This document shows positions 54,650 through 63,557 of a stretch of DNA of 64,000 bases, piece by piece. Source of the stretch: Candidatus Bathyarchaeia archaeon (lineage in GTDB: Archaea; Thermoproteota; Bathyarchaeia; Bathyarchaeales; Bathycorpusculaceae); NCBI GenBank assembly GCA_050010755.1, contig JBEKKK010000001.1:1373237-1437236 (forward strand), read 5' to 3'. Both the position numbers and the translations under genes were made by a program. The notes beneath the pieces were generated by a model that worked only from the letters and a program-made list of their open reading frames with translations, searched no databases and was not told the origin of the DNA. The number at the start of each line of letters is the position of its first letter. The stretch's first letter is position 1.

Positions 54650-55588
54650 TCAATCGGGAAGTTCTAGTTTCAGTTGTTTCTTGAGGGTTTTGTAACGGTT
54701 TCTCACGGTGACTTCGGTGACGCCTGCTGCTTCAGCTATGTCTTTTTGTGTTTTCTTCTCGTTGTTCTGCAAGCATGCGATGTACAATGCTGCGGCTGCG
54801 AGTCCCATTGGGTCTTTCCCGGCGGCTGCTCTCTTGGCTCTGGCTTCTCTCAGGATTTGTATGGCGAGTCCTTGGGTCTTGCCTGAGATTCCTGTTCTTT
54901 CAGCGATTTTTGAAACGTACGTGAGCGGATCCGCGATGGGCATGTGCACTTCAAGTTCGCGTAGCAGTAGTCTGTAGCAGCGGGCAACGTCTTTCTTGTC
55001 GACTAGGCTTGCTTCTGCGATTTCGCGTAGGGTTCTGGCTGTTCCGCTTCCACGGCAGGCTGCGTAAAGCGCCGCGGCTGCGATGGCGGCGATGGATCTG
55101 CCTCGGACTAAGCCTTTGTCTAGGGCTTTGCGGTATGTTACAGCGGCTTTTTCTTTGATTGGGGGTGGGATGTAGACTTTGTCTGACAGCCGGTCGAGTT
55201 CAGCCATTGCTTGGGCTAGGTTTCTGTCGATTGAGGAGTGAACTCTTGAGCGTATCTGCCATTTTCTCAGGCGCCACATCTGTAATCGTGTTGAGAGTGG
55301 GAGTTTTCTTCCGAAAGCATCACGGTCAACCTGGCTTATGGCGGTTGACAAGCCTTTATCGTGAACGGAATAAGACGTTGGTACTCCAACGCGGCTTCTT
55401 GACGCTTTCTCTTCCTGGGTGAAAGCGCGCCATTCTGGGCCTTTATCCATCATCTGCTCGTACAAAACGAGTCCACAGTCGCCGCAAACGGTTTCGCCGG
55501 TGTCATAATCATGGACAAGGTTTGAACTGCCGCATTCTGGGCACTTGTCGACTAGACGTTGGCGAACGCCGGCTTCTTTTTTGCTCAA
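54650..55588 (-). CDS. tfb: transcription initiation factor IIB
   Basis: CPECGS Zn ribbon, GPEWRAF, cyclin repeats, VTEVTVRNRYK. Confidence 0.98.
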   Translation of the reverse strand: MSKKEAGVRQRLVDKCPECGSSNLVHDYDTGETVCGDCGLVLYEQMMDKGPEWRAFTQEEKASRSRVGVPTSYSVHDKGLSTAISQVDRDAFGRKLPLSTRLQMWRLRKWQIRSRVHSSIDRNLAQAMAELDRLSDKVYIPPPIKEKAAVTYRKALDKGLVRGRSIAAIAAAALYAACRGSGTARTLREIAEASLVDKKDVARCYRLLLRELEVHMPIADPLTYVSKIAERTGISGKTQGLAIQILREARAKRAAAGKDPMGLAAAALYIACLQNNEKKTQKDIAEAAGVTEVTVRNRYKTLKKQLKLELPD

Positions 55589-55833
55589 TTCTTTTCGCCT
55601 CGACTGATTTTTTCGTAGAACCGTCGTGATACTTCATCATTTATCAGAAAGCAGTACGTTCGGTCCTGCGTAACTATGCACGTGCGATGTTTTAATATAT
55701 AAGGTTTACGGTTCTCTTGTATTGATTGAAATGGCTTTCGCCCTCGCAACCTTCCACTAGTCGGCCAGATTGGACATGCGTTGTTCGCAAGTCTTGAATA
55801 GTTCGCATGTGCTATTGATGTCCTAGTGTAAAG

Positions 55834-56949
55834 TTGATTCAATTGATGATGCTCCCTGAGAAGCTGCGAAAAGTGTTGGAGAGAACTGTCAAAGAGCTGG
55901 CCGCCAAGGAGAATGTTTATGGGGTGGGGCTTTTCGGGAGTTGGAGCCGAGGGGACGCCGAACCTTCAAGCGATGTTGACTTGCTCATACTTGACAGTAA
56001 CGACTTTGCGTACGAGTTCGTTGAGAGGGTAGATAGGGGCGGTTTTCTAATCGATCTAGACCATGTTACGAGACGGTGGATTCGAGGCCAGATTCCTCCG
56101 GAGATAGATCAGAAACTCTACGAATCTCAGATACTCTACGACAGAGACTGGACCCTGACGAACACCAAACTCTTGATGGCGAAGTCTTACGGGTCACCCG
56201 AGAGGGTTGACATTCGAACAGATGCTCACGTCGTGGAATCTGACATATACTTGAGCAGGGCGACCTCGGCACTTTCGAGGCATGACTTCAGAAGCTCACA
56301 TCTCTTTGCCACAGTCGCCTTTGAGAACGCTCTGAAGGTTCTGATTGAGATAGCCCTGCAGCCGCTTTCGAACAGTCGATTCATGGAGAAAGCTGAAGGC
56401 GCAGCGGCGAAACTGGAAATGCAAAACCTTTTTGATCAGTACAAAGAGATGACAGGCTTCGGCACGGTTGACCAGACACAGGCCAAAGACAGATTGAGTC
56501 TCTTCAAAAACGTTTGGGACGACGTCTATGCCGTTGCAAACAAGAATCCTCAAACACTCGAATCTGCCCATTTCAAGGTCAGGAAGCGGCTCAGCTACTA
56601 TTTGAACCCAGTTTTCATTCAAGGCGTCGTGAAACGCGCAAGCGCCATGATCGAGGCCGAAAAAAACGTCGAAGTTGCGCACTACCTCGGGGATATAGTT
56701 CTAGACCTTGTCGAAAACTATGCATGGTTAAAATCTCTCATTCTAAAGGTAAAGATAAACTACACGACACTGATGGGGACGTTGGAAGGTTTGGAAGGAA
56801 GAGAGTCCGCAAACTACAGAAACATAACAGCAATTCTGGATCTGAGCGACATCGATAAAACCGTTGCAGCAAATGAAAACAAAGCGACTCGAGATGCAAT
56901 GCTCAAGATACGACGAGACAGGAAACTCTTAATCAAAAGCGCGCGCTAA
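55834..56949 (+). CDS. minimal nucleotidyltransferase-domain protein with helical (HEPN-like) C-terminus
   Basis: LFGSWSRGD..SDVDLL. Confidence 0.8.
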   Translation: MIQLMMLPEKLRKVLERTVKELAAKENVYGVGLFGSWSRGDAEPSSDVDLLILDSNDFAYEFVERVDRGGFLIDLDHVTRRWIRGQIPPEIDQKLYESQILYDRDWTLTNTKLLMAKSYGSPERVDIRTDAHVVESDIYLSRATSALSRHDFRSSHLFATVAFENALKVLIEIALQPLSNSRFMEKAEGAAAKLEMQNLFDQYKEMTGFGTVDQTQAKDRLSLFKNVWDDVYAVANKNPQTLESAHFKVRKRLSYYLNPVFIQGVVKRASAMIEAEKNVEVAHYLGDIVLDLVENYAWLKSLILKVKINYTTLMGTLEGLEGRESANYRNITAILDLSDIDKTVAANENKATRDAMLKIRRDRKLLIKSAR

Positions 56950-57077
56950 CATGTCGAACCCTCCAAAGGGTGGGTTCACTTTTTCACGTTTACTGTCAAT
57001 CCTTATTGTAGATTCATAAACGGCTTAACCACCAACGCCCAAACTCTGAATCCAGCAGAAAACTTAGAGGTATAGCA

Positions 57078-57224
57078 ATGTGTAATGATATGAGACGTTT
57101 CGAAAGAATTGCGGAAGAAAAGAAGCGCAACAAGAAAGAAAAGGAAGTTGAATTCGTCGTCAAAGAAATTGAAGAAATCACCTTGACTTCCAAAACAGGA
57201 ATCAAAACGCGTCCCCAAACATAG
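57078..57224 (+). CDS. 48-aa charged hypothetical protein
   Basis: gaggt SD; MCNDMRRFERIAEEKKRNKKEKEVEFVVKEIEEITLTSKTGIKTRPQT*. Confidence 0.5.
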   Translation: MCNDMRRFERIAEEKKRNKKEKEVEFVVKEIEEITLTSKTGIKTRPQT

Positions 57225-57571
57225 CCAACCAGCTTTCAGTCCGCATGCCTGTTGCCAAATCCTGAAGTTCTGCCCAGTCTGTCATCTTTTTTCACCAAAC
57301 CATGCGCACGCGATCTGAGTTTGCAGCCAGAGCATTATTGGCTGTTGCTGTAGGTCAGCTATTATTGGAGTTGGACAGCGTCAAACGCATTATTTCTGTT
57401 CCTTCTGTAGGTAAACGTGTCCTTCTTCTGTTTTGAAGAACCGTGAATCTCGTTTAGGAAGCTTAAGCCTAATATAAAACAACTTATTAGACCTAGCTCA
57501 GGAAAAAAAGTGCGCAAATGCCGACGGTAATGTCGCATGCGCACAGTGCTTTGTAGAAGTGGCCCGGAAAA

Positions 57572-57671
57572 AGCCCGGTGGAGGGAAGGTCACCTTTCCG
57601 CCGACTGTAGTGGACAAGCATAGCGGGCTTTGGACCCGCCGACGAGAGTTCGAATCTCTCCCGGGCTACCA
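57572..57671 (+). tRNA. tRNA-Gln(UUG) with a 24-nt intron (57582-57605) between positions 10 and 11; CCA encoded
   Basis: spliced form AGCCCGG TG GTGT AGTGGACAA GCAT A GCGGG CTTTGGA CCCGC CGAC GAGAG TTCGAAT CTCTC CCGGGCT A CCA folds into a full cloverleaf. Confidence 0.92.
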
Positions 57672-57699
57672 TTCTCTAGAGTTAAATTCATACTTTCTA

Positions 57700-57745
57700 A
57701 AATGGCGAACAGGGGACTCGCCATTTCCCTCCTTTCTTTTTCTGT
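57700..57745 (+). terminator. 9-bp hairpin followed by a pyrimidine/T tract after the tRNA
   Basis: aaatggcga-N9-tcgccattt then ccctcctttctttttct. Confidence 0.45.
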
Positions 57746-57775
57746 GCTCTGGAAAGTAAAAATTTTGGCGGTCGG

Positions 57776-58627
57776 ATGTCAAAAGTCAAATTTGACTTCA
57801 GTACTGTTCGCACTCGTGTCATTCCGATTTTGAAGAGGGTTGAGGTTGAGGATTATCCTACTAAGATTGGACGGATATATGGTTGGAGTCGTCAACATGT
57901 TTGCTATTATCTTGGGAAGCTGGAGAAATGCGGTCTTGTCAAGCGGAAAGTTCGCAGCCGTGCCGTTTTCTATGAGTTGACGGGTCGAGGTAAAACTTTT
58001 CTCGCATCATGTGAGGACGTCGTCTTCGGTAGTGGTGTGTACCGGCTGGACCGGTGCCAGGTGCGGTTTGTGATTGTGAGTGAGGGTTGTTTGCCCGTGG
58101 ATTTTAGGCGTGTGGAGATGGTGAATTGGACGGCTTTGTTGGGTTTGGAGCAGGGCGTTATGGTTAGGCATACGAGTCGCAGTTGGATTGTGCACGTGGA
58201 GACAGTGTACGGAAAGCATCCTGGCGAATTGTTTGTGTTAGCAAAGAATTTGGCAGATCGTGTGGCCAAGAGTTTGATGATGAAGTACGGTTGCAGGTTG
58301 AGTGAGGGTGAGGTTTGCCGGGGTTATGAGCTGAAGGTTGATGATCCTGTGGCTAGGCTGCTTGCGAGGTACTTCTGTGTTAGCACGCCAGAGAGGAAGA
58401 TAGATCATAGTCCAGGCGTCGGGGAAGGTGAGCTGGAGCATTTCGGCAGGGACGCTGCGGTTGAGTATTTGCTTATGCCGGAGCGTGTGAAGAAGCTCGA
58501 GGGCCAAGTGCAAGCGTTGCATGTGGATCTGGAAGAGCTAACTGGGACTCTCCGAAAACTGTTGAATATTGAAGGCGCTGGGGGGCCGAGTCCTGATCAG
58601 GGCAATCTGGATAGGTATGTGAGTTAG
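57776..58627 (+). CDS. N-terminal wHTH plus unknown domain; probable element backbone protein
   Basis: YPTKIGRIYGWSRQHVCYYLGKLEKCGLV..YELTGRG; G/T-rich coding strand; C-terminal coiled coil. Confidence 0.75.
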   Translation: MSKVKFDFSTVRTRVIPILKRVEVEDYPTKIGRIYGWSRQHVCYYLGKLEKCGLVKRKVRSRAVFYELTGRGKTFLASCEDVVFGSGVYRLDRCQVRFVIVSEGCLPVDFRRVEMVNWTALLGLEQGVMVRHTSRSWIVHVETVYGKHPGELFVLAKNLADRVAKSLMMKYGCRLSEGEVCRGYELKVDDPVARLLARYFCVSTPERKIDHSPGVGEGELEHFGRDAAVEYLLMPERVKKLEGQVQALHVDLEELTGTLRKLLNIEGAGGPSPDQGNLDRYVS

Positions 58628-58846
58628 GGGTGTTTCTGGAAGTGGTATTGCGTTCAAAGTCTGCTTTGGAGCTGGCGTTGAGGCATGGTAAAAGTCCATG
58701 CTTTTTGGGTTGTGCCTTTCTTGTCTCTATTGATGTAGGTTGGCCATGCTCAGGTTTCTCTTTCCTCAACATTGTCACTATACTATGGTGAGCTTTTCGG
58801 TATGGAAATGAACGCTGAGCCTGTTCCAACACCGTGAAAAAAGCGT

Positions 58847-59272
58847 TTGCAAGAGGTGAAAATTGGCCGGGTCAAGTACACTCTACAGTTGGTTAAAGGG
58901 ATTCAGCGCGACATCGAAGAGATCAAATTGACGCAGCGCACTATTCTTGCGGGTCTCAAAGGGCTCTTTCATTTCGAAAAGCCCATGATTCAGAAGATCG
59001 CCTGCGTCGACGAGGTTGACACTGAGTTGTTGGAACTGCTCTTTAAAGCAGGCAACGCCGGGCTGTTGCCGAAGGATCTTGCAGTTCGCTTGAACCGGTT
59101 TGGGGTTGAGCGGCATCAAGTCAGCCGCAGAATTCTCCATATGAACAAGCGTTTGAAGAGGGAACTAGGTGAGCAATTGGCTGAGAAACGAGGTTGGCAT
59201 TGGGCCTTAACAAGTTTTGCGTTTGATGTTTGGGGAGAAAGTGAAGAAACGAAGCAGACGAAAACAGAGTAA
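58847..59272 (+). CDS. coiled-coil plus wHTH-like hypothetical protein
   Basis: DEVDTELLELL..GLLPKDLA..RHQVSRRI..KRGWHWALT. Confidence 0.7.
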   Translation: MQEVKIGRVKYTLQLVKGIQRDIEEIKLTQRTILAGLKGLFHFEKPMIQKIACVDEVDTELLELLFKAGNAGLLPKDLAVRLNRFGVERHQVSRRILHMNKRLKRELGEQLAEKRGWHWALTSFAFDVWGESEETKQTKTE

Positions 59273-59359
59273 GGCCGCGTGTCAAAGCGCGCGCGAAGCA
59301 ATATCTTGACCAGCGCGCGGGTCTAAGCTTTATATATCAAACATCGAAAAACACAAGCT

Positions 59360-59887
59360 ATGTCAGACACGTCAGTTTTTGCTCTTCTCGGCGGATTGGC
59401 TGCCTTTGTCGGCATTTCGCTATTAATATCTTTGATAATCATCAAAGCAATTTCGAATGCAGCAGAACGATCGCAGCTTCCTAAGGGCAGTATTCGAGAC
59501 GTACAGGAGGGCATATTCATAGTATGGTTGGCGTTGACGGTTGTATGGATACTTCAGAGTCTAGGCTTTACTTCACTTTTATCTTCCCTCACTCTCTCGG
59601 GAATAATAGGCTTGGGCATAACACTGGCGTTACAATCGACGTTCTCAAACCTTTTGGCGGGAATCTGGCTTTTGCGCGAGAACGTGCTACGTTTAGGCGA
59701 TAACATAAAAATCCTAGGAGTGGAGGGAACCGTCATCAAACTGAGTTTTCGAACCACCTGGCTCAAGACCAGCGAAGGCAACATCGTCATAATGAGCAAT
59801 TCGACACTCTACAATGGTCCATTCACAAACCTCACTGCAACAAAGCGTCTATCTGAAAAATTCGAAAAGAAAAACGAATCTCTTTAA
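59360..59887 (+). CDS. short MscS-family mechanosensitive channel
   Basis: GLGITLALQSTFSNLLAG..LGDNIKI.GVEGTV..FRTT. Confidence 0.88.
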   Translation: MSDTSVFALLGGLAAFVGISLLISLIIIKAISNAAERSQLPKGSIRDVQEGIFIVWLALTVVWILQSLGFTSLLSSLTLSGIIGLGITLALQSTFSNLLAGIWLLRENVLRLGDNIKILGVEGTVIKLSFRTTWLKTSEGNIVIMSNSTLYNGPFTNLTATKRLSEKFEKKNESL

Positions 59888-59933
59888 ACTAGCGCGCGCT
59901 AAGCACGCATTACATCAAGAAGGTGTGCGCTGT

Positions 59934-60491
59934 TTACTTTTCTGTGCTTTTCGATGGGGGCATATGGAAACTGACAAATAGCATATCATGAGCGATTTCT
60001 GTCTTAGGCACAAGTCCAAGGGTAGTTTTGACGAATTGGCCTATGGCATTCTTCAAGTATATCGAGTATTTCCTTCCAAGATCATGATGGAAAGTAATTA
60101 TGCACTGCGCTCCGTCAACTTTGATTTCGCTAGTACCGAGTCCGCTGTACTTGCAATAGTTTGAGATGGTCTTCAGAAGTGTCTCCGCTTTCAACTCCTT
60201 GAACCAGAAGAGCGTTACTGCCTTGAGGGTTGGGCTTGCAGTGTTGGTGGCGATTTGTTCAATCTTGCACTCGTCAACCTCTTCGAGGATAGATTTGAAG
60301 GTCTGCCTTGCAAAGGAGATAAATCCAAATCTCTCAGTGTGTCTGTCCCACTCTACATATTTCGTCATGATTCTGTTGATTAGTCCATTGACAGTCAAGT
60401 CGCTTTTCTCAGCGTCGTCTCGCAATATGGAATCCAATTCCTGATTGAGACGAACTGTTCTCAAAACGGTTTTCTTCCTCTTGACACTCAT
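59934..60491 (-). CDS. ribbon-helix-helix regulator with C-terminal ligand-binding-like domain
   Basis: RTVRLNQELDSILRDDAEKSDLTVNGLINRIMTKY; divergent from the cargo operon. Confidence 0.7.
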   Translation of the reverse strand: MSVKRKKTVLRTVRLNQELDSILRDDAEKSDLTVNGLINRIMTKYVEWDRHTERFGFISFARQTFKSILEEVDECKIEQIATNTASPTLKAVTLFWFKELKAETLLKTISNYCKYSGLGTSEIKVDGAQCIITFHHDLGRKYSIYLKNAIGQFVKTTLGLVPKTEIAHDMLFVSFHMPPSKSTEK

Positions 60492-60602
60492 GATCATGCA
60501 CTCTTTGTTACACAGAGTAGTACAAACGCACTTTCTGTAAACTTCCTAATTAAATATCCTTTCGCACCTACGTATGGTAGGTTAAAAGAACAATCAAGAA
60601 AG

Positions 60603-61403
60603 GTGAACTTGATGGAAAGAATGTTGGTGGTAGTTTTTGAAAATGAGTTAAAAGCGTACGACGGATTTAAAGCTCTGACTGAACTCGATTCCGAAGGAAG
60701 TATTTCTATCCACGCCCAAGCTGTCATGAAGAAGAATGACGATGGAACAGTTATCGTAAAGCATAAGGGAGAGGATTTTCCGATTCGCACAGTTGGCGGA
60801 ACAGCAATCGGTGCTCTGATCGGACTTCTAGGGGGACCCATCGGCCTTGGCATCGGTGCGGTTGCTGGAACTCTTACTGGGAACATCTTGGACATGAACC
60901 GAGCTGGAGTCAACGCAGGGTTCCTTGATGACGTATCCAAGAAACTCACACCCGGCAAATGGGCGATAGTTTCAGACATCAACGAAGAGTGGATAACTCC
61001 TGTTGATACCCGAATGGCAGTGCTGGGCGGCACTGTATTTCGCATCACACGCCAAGATGTCGAGAGTGAACAAGACGCAAGAAGCGTGGCAGCTCTGAAA
61101 GCGGACATTGCTAAGTTGAAGACAGAGCAAGCTAAGTCGCGGGCAGAACAAAAGGCCAAAATCCAGTTAAAAATTGATGACTTGAATAAAAAGTTGCATG
61201 TCAAACGAGAACAGGCGAAACAGAGGTTCCAGCAAGAACAAGAAGAAGCCAAAGCTAAGATGGAGGCATTGGAAAAGAAAGCAGCGAAGGCGAAGGGTGA
61301 AGCCAAAGCGAAAATTGAAGCACGGATCGCCGACATAAAAGAGAAATCGAAAGAGTCAAGAGAAAGATATCAGGTGCTATGGGAGGACGATGTGTTTCTT
61401 TGA
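60603..61403 (+). CDS. DUF1269 glycine-zipper protein with long charged coiled-coil tail
   Basis: LVVVFENE..GTAIGALIGLLGGPIG..FLDDVSKKLTPGK. Confidence 0.82.
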   Translation: MNLMERMLVVVFENELKAYDGFKALTELDSEGSISIHAQAVMKKNDDGTVIVKHKGEDFPIRTVGGTAIGALIGLLGGPIGLGIGAVAGTLTGNILDMNRAGVNAGFLDDVSKKLTPGKWAIVSDINEEWITPVDTRMAVLGGTVFRITRQDVESEQDARSVAALKADIAKLKTEQAKSRAEQKAKIQLKIDDLNKKLHVKREQAKQRFQQEQEEAKAKMEALEKKAAKAKGEAKAKIEARIADIKEKSKESRERYQVLWEDDVFL

Positions 61404-61984
61404 ACCTATTGGAGCAGCCGGGTTGGCTCCGGGGTTTAGAAGTAGTAACTGGCTTGTTGGCCATGGTGTTCGGAGTTCTAGTGTTCGTCTTTCCAGGCTG
61501 GGGCATCGGGACTCTTATTGTCATGCTATCAATCGGTCTTTTCTTTAGTGGGATAAGGTCGATCTCTCTCATAGGTTACAGGAGCCTCTCCAGCAGCCTG
61601 CGGGCAATGAGTGCGATATCAGGAATCATATCCTTGATTCTTGCATTGTTGGTCGCGTTATTTCCGGGGTATGGCGAGCTGACACTGTTGATACTCGTGT
61701 CATTTGGACTGATTGTGTATGGATTCGGAAGGATATTCATCGCCTCCACGCTCAAGACAACAGCGGGTTGGATTAGAGGCATGATGGTTGCCGTGGGTGT
61801 GCTCGACGTCATTCTATCGGTGGTCGTGCTCGTTCTTCCTAGTCTCGCGTTGCTGACCTTCGCAGTTGTCCTCTCGGTAGTGCTGCTCGTAAGTGGAGCT
61901 GAGATGATCGTCTCCGGAGCGATTGGTCGCACATGGCTTGGAGATCTTGTGAAAGCTGCAAAGGACGAAATGGATGGAAAATAA
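61400..61984 (+). CDS. HdeD/DUF308 family membrane protein
   Basis: six TM helices in repeated G..P units; TTGA overlap with the upstream gene. Confidence 0.78.
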   Translation: MNLLEQPGWLRGLEVVTGLLAMVFGVLVFVFPGWGIGTLIVMLSIGLFFSGIRSISLIGYRSLSSSLRAMSAISGIISLILALLVALFPGYGELTLLILVSFGLIVYGFGRIFIASTLKTTAGWIRGMMVAVGVLDVILSVVVLVLPSLALLTFAVVLSVVLLVSGAEMIVSGAIGRTWLGDLVKAAKDEMDGK

Positions 61985-62063
61985 GTGTTGTCACTTGTCC
62001 CTGTTGGTTTGGAAGCAGTCCTGCGTACACGTGCACAAACAATGAATAGGAGGTGAAAAAAGT

Positions 62064-62555
62064 TTGACTGATATGGTCGTACTAGCGTTTGACAGCGAAA
62101 GTGGGGCAGATCAGGGAAGAAAAATACTGGTGGAACTGAACAATGAATACGTGCTTAACCTTGTTGATGCCGTTGAGGTTGTTCGGCACGCCGATGGAAA
62201 AGTCAAGGTGAAGAACATTCGCAACCTAACAGGCATCGGAGCAATGGGTGGAAGTTTCTGGGGACTACTCTTCGGTATTCTGTTTTTCGCGCCAGCTCTC
62301 GGAGTTGCCGTCGGAGCAGTATCAGGCGCCATCGCAGGCCACTTTGCACAGTTCGGTGTTAGCAAAGGTTTCCTAAAGCAGGTCGAAGACTCAGTGAATT
62401 CGGGAACCTCAGCTCTCGCAATCATGGCCTCAAACGTTGCCGTCGACAAGACCGTTCAAGCGCTGAGCCCACTTCATCCGAAAGTCATTCGCAGTTCTCT
62501 TTCCACCGAGCAAGAAGCAAAACTCAACGAAGCCTTCGGCACACTCACGAAGTAA
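62064..62555 (+). CDS. DUF1269 family protein
   Basis: DAVEV..DGKVKV..GGSFWGLLFGILFFAP..GTSAL..SSLSTEQE; SD ggaggtg. Confidence 0.88.
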   Translation: MTDMVVLAFDSESGADQGRKILVELNNEYVLNLVDAVEVVRHADGKVKVKNIRNLTGIGAMGGSFWGLLFGILFFAPALGVAVGAVSGAIAGHFAQFGVSKGFLKQVEDSVNSGTSALAIMASNVAVDKTVQALSPLHPKVIRSSLSTEQEAKLNEAFGTLTK

Positions 62556-62650
62556 CCCAGCCAGGAAATACTCATGCCCCAAGAAAGCAAGGCTCCACAG
62601 TGCCACTTTTTTTTGGCCAAACAAACAAAGTGTCTAAATAGGAATGATCC

Positions 62651-63340
62651 ATGTTGCCCAACTCACGCTTTTCAAACCAAACTAGAATAATCAATACGTA
62701 TGTTCAGAAAGTATATTTCTGGATGTTCATAGGCTTAATAATAACAAGCATTACTGCTTACTTTGTTTCGCAGGATCCAAATCTCTACAACGTGATACTG
62801 GGCAATGATATTGTTTTTTATGGGTTATTAATCGCACAGTTTTTAGCCATAGTCACTGTGTCTGCTTTTATAAGACGAATACCTGATAACCTTGCAGAAA
62901 TCACATTCGTGTTATACTGCTTCCTCACAGGGCTGACCCTTTCAGCAATCTTTTTGGAGTTTACAATAAGCTCTATAGCTTATGTAGTTTTGATTACGGC
63001 CGCTATGTTCGGTTTCATGAGTCTTTACGGATACGTAACAAAAACAGATCTTACATCGCTAGGCAACATTGCAACGATGGCCTTATTCGGGATTATTCTG
63101 GCATTAATCGTTAATCTATTCCTTATGAATTCGGCTCTCGACACGATACTCAGTATCATTGGTGTATTGGTTTTTTCAGCCTTCACGGCCCATGACACTC
63201 AGAAGATCAAAAGTACTCTGATGGATAAGGATGAAGATCTTATAAAGAAAGAAATACTGGGTGCTCTTAACCTCTATCTGGATTTCGTCAACCTTTTCTT
63301 GGACCTACTCGACTTATTTGGAAAAAGGAGGTCAGACTAA
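62651..63340 (+). CDS. Bax inhibitor-1/YccA family membrane protein
   Basis: KVYFWM.GL, YGYVTKTDL, DTQKIK, GALNLYLDFVNLF. Confidence 0.93.
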   Translation: MLPNSRFSNQTRIINTYVQKVYFWMFIGLIITSITAYFVSQDPNLYNVILGNDIVFYGLLIAQFLAIVTVSAFIRRIPDNLAEITFVLYCFLTGLTLSAIFLEFTISSIAYVVLITAAMFGFMSLYGYVTKTDLTSLGNIATMALFGIILALIVNLFLMNSALDTILSIIGVLVFSAFTAHDTQKIKSTLMDKDEDLIKKEILGALNLYLDFVNLFLDLLDLFGKRRSD

Positions 63341-63398
63341 TCCGTTATCGGGCCTCATTTCCAAGTTTGATTAAAGTGTCAGTAGGAGGTGAAAACTA

Positions 63399-63557
63399 GT
63401 GTCAAGTGAAATGGAGAAAATCAAGAAAAGATTCGAAGAATTTGAAGAAGGTATGAAGAAACATATGTCTGAGGCGAGACAGGCGGACAAGAAAAGGATT
63501 GATGAGCTAGATGCTCGTGTGAAAGCTCTGGAAGAGAAACTGAAGAAGAAGACGTAG
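63399..63557 (+). CDS. 52-aa charged coiled-coil protein
   Basis: SD ggaggtg, GTG start; MSSEMEKIKKRFEEFEEGMKK..IDELDARVKALEEKLKKKT*. Confidence 0.7.
   Translation: MSSEMEKIKKRFEEFEEGMKKHMSEARQADKKRIDELDARVKALEEKLKKKT

Noticed and set aside
55834-56949. Nucleotidyltransferase gene as a toxin-antitoxin module of the element
   Set aside because: It lies outside attL, has no clear HEPN RxxxxH motif and no separate partner gene.
57561-57578. gcccgg duplicated just before the tRNA 5' end (possible split or permuted tRNA)
   Set aside because: Only 6 bp long, and the intron model already gives a complete cloverleaf.
60494-61336. 280-aa antisense ORF
   Set aside because: Mirror frame of the DUF1269 coiled-coil gene, with no family motifs.
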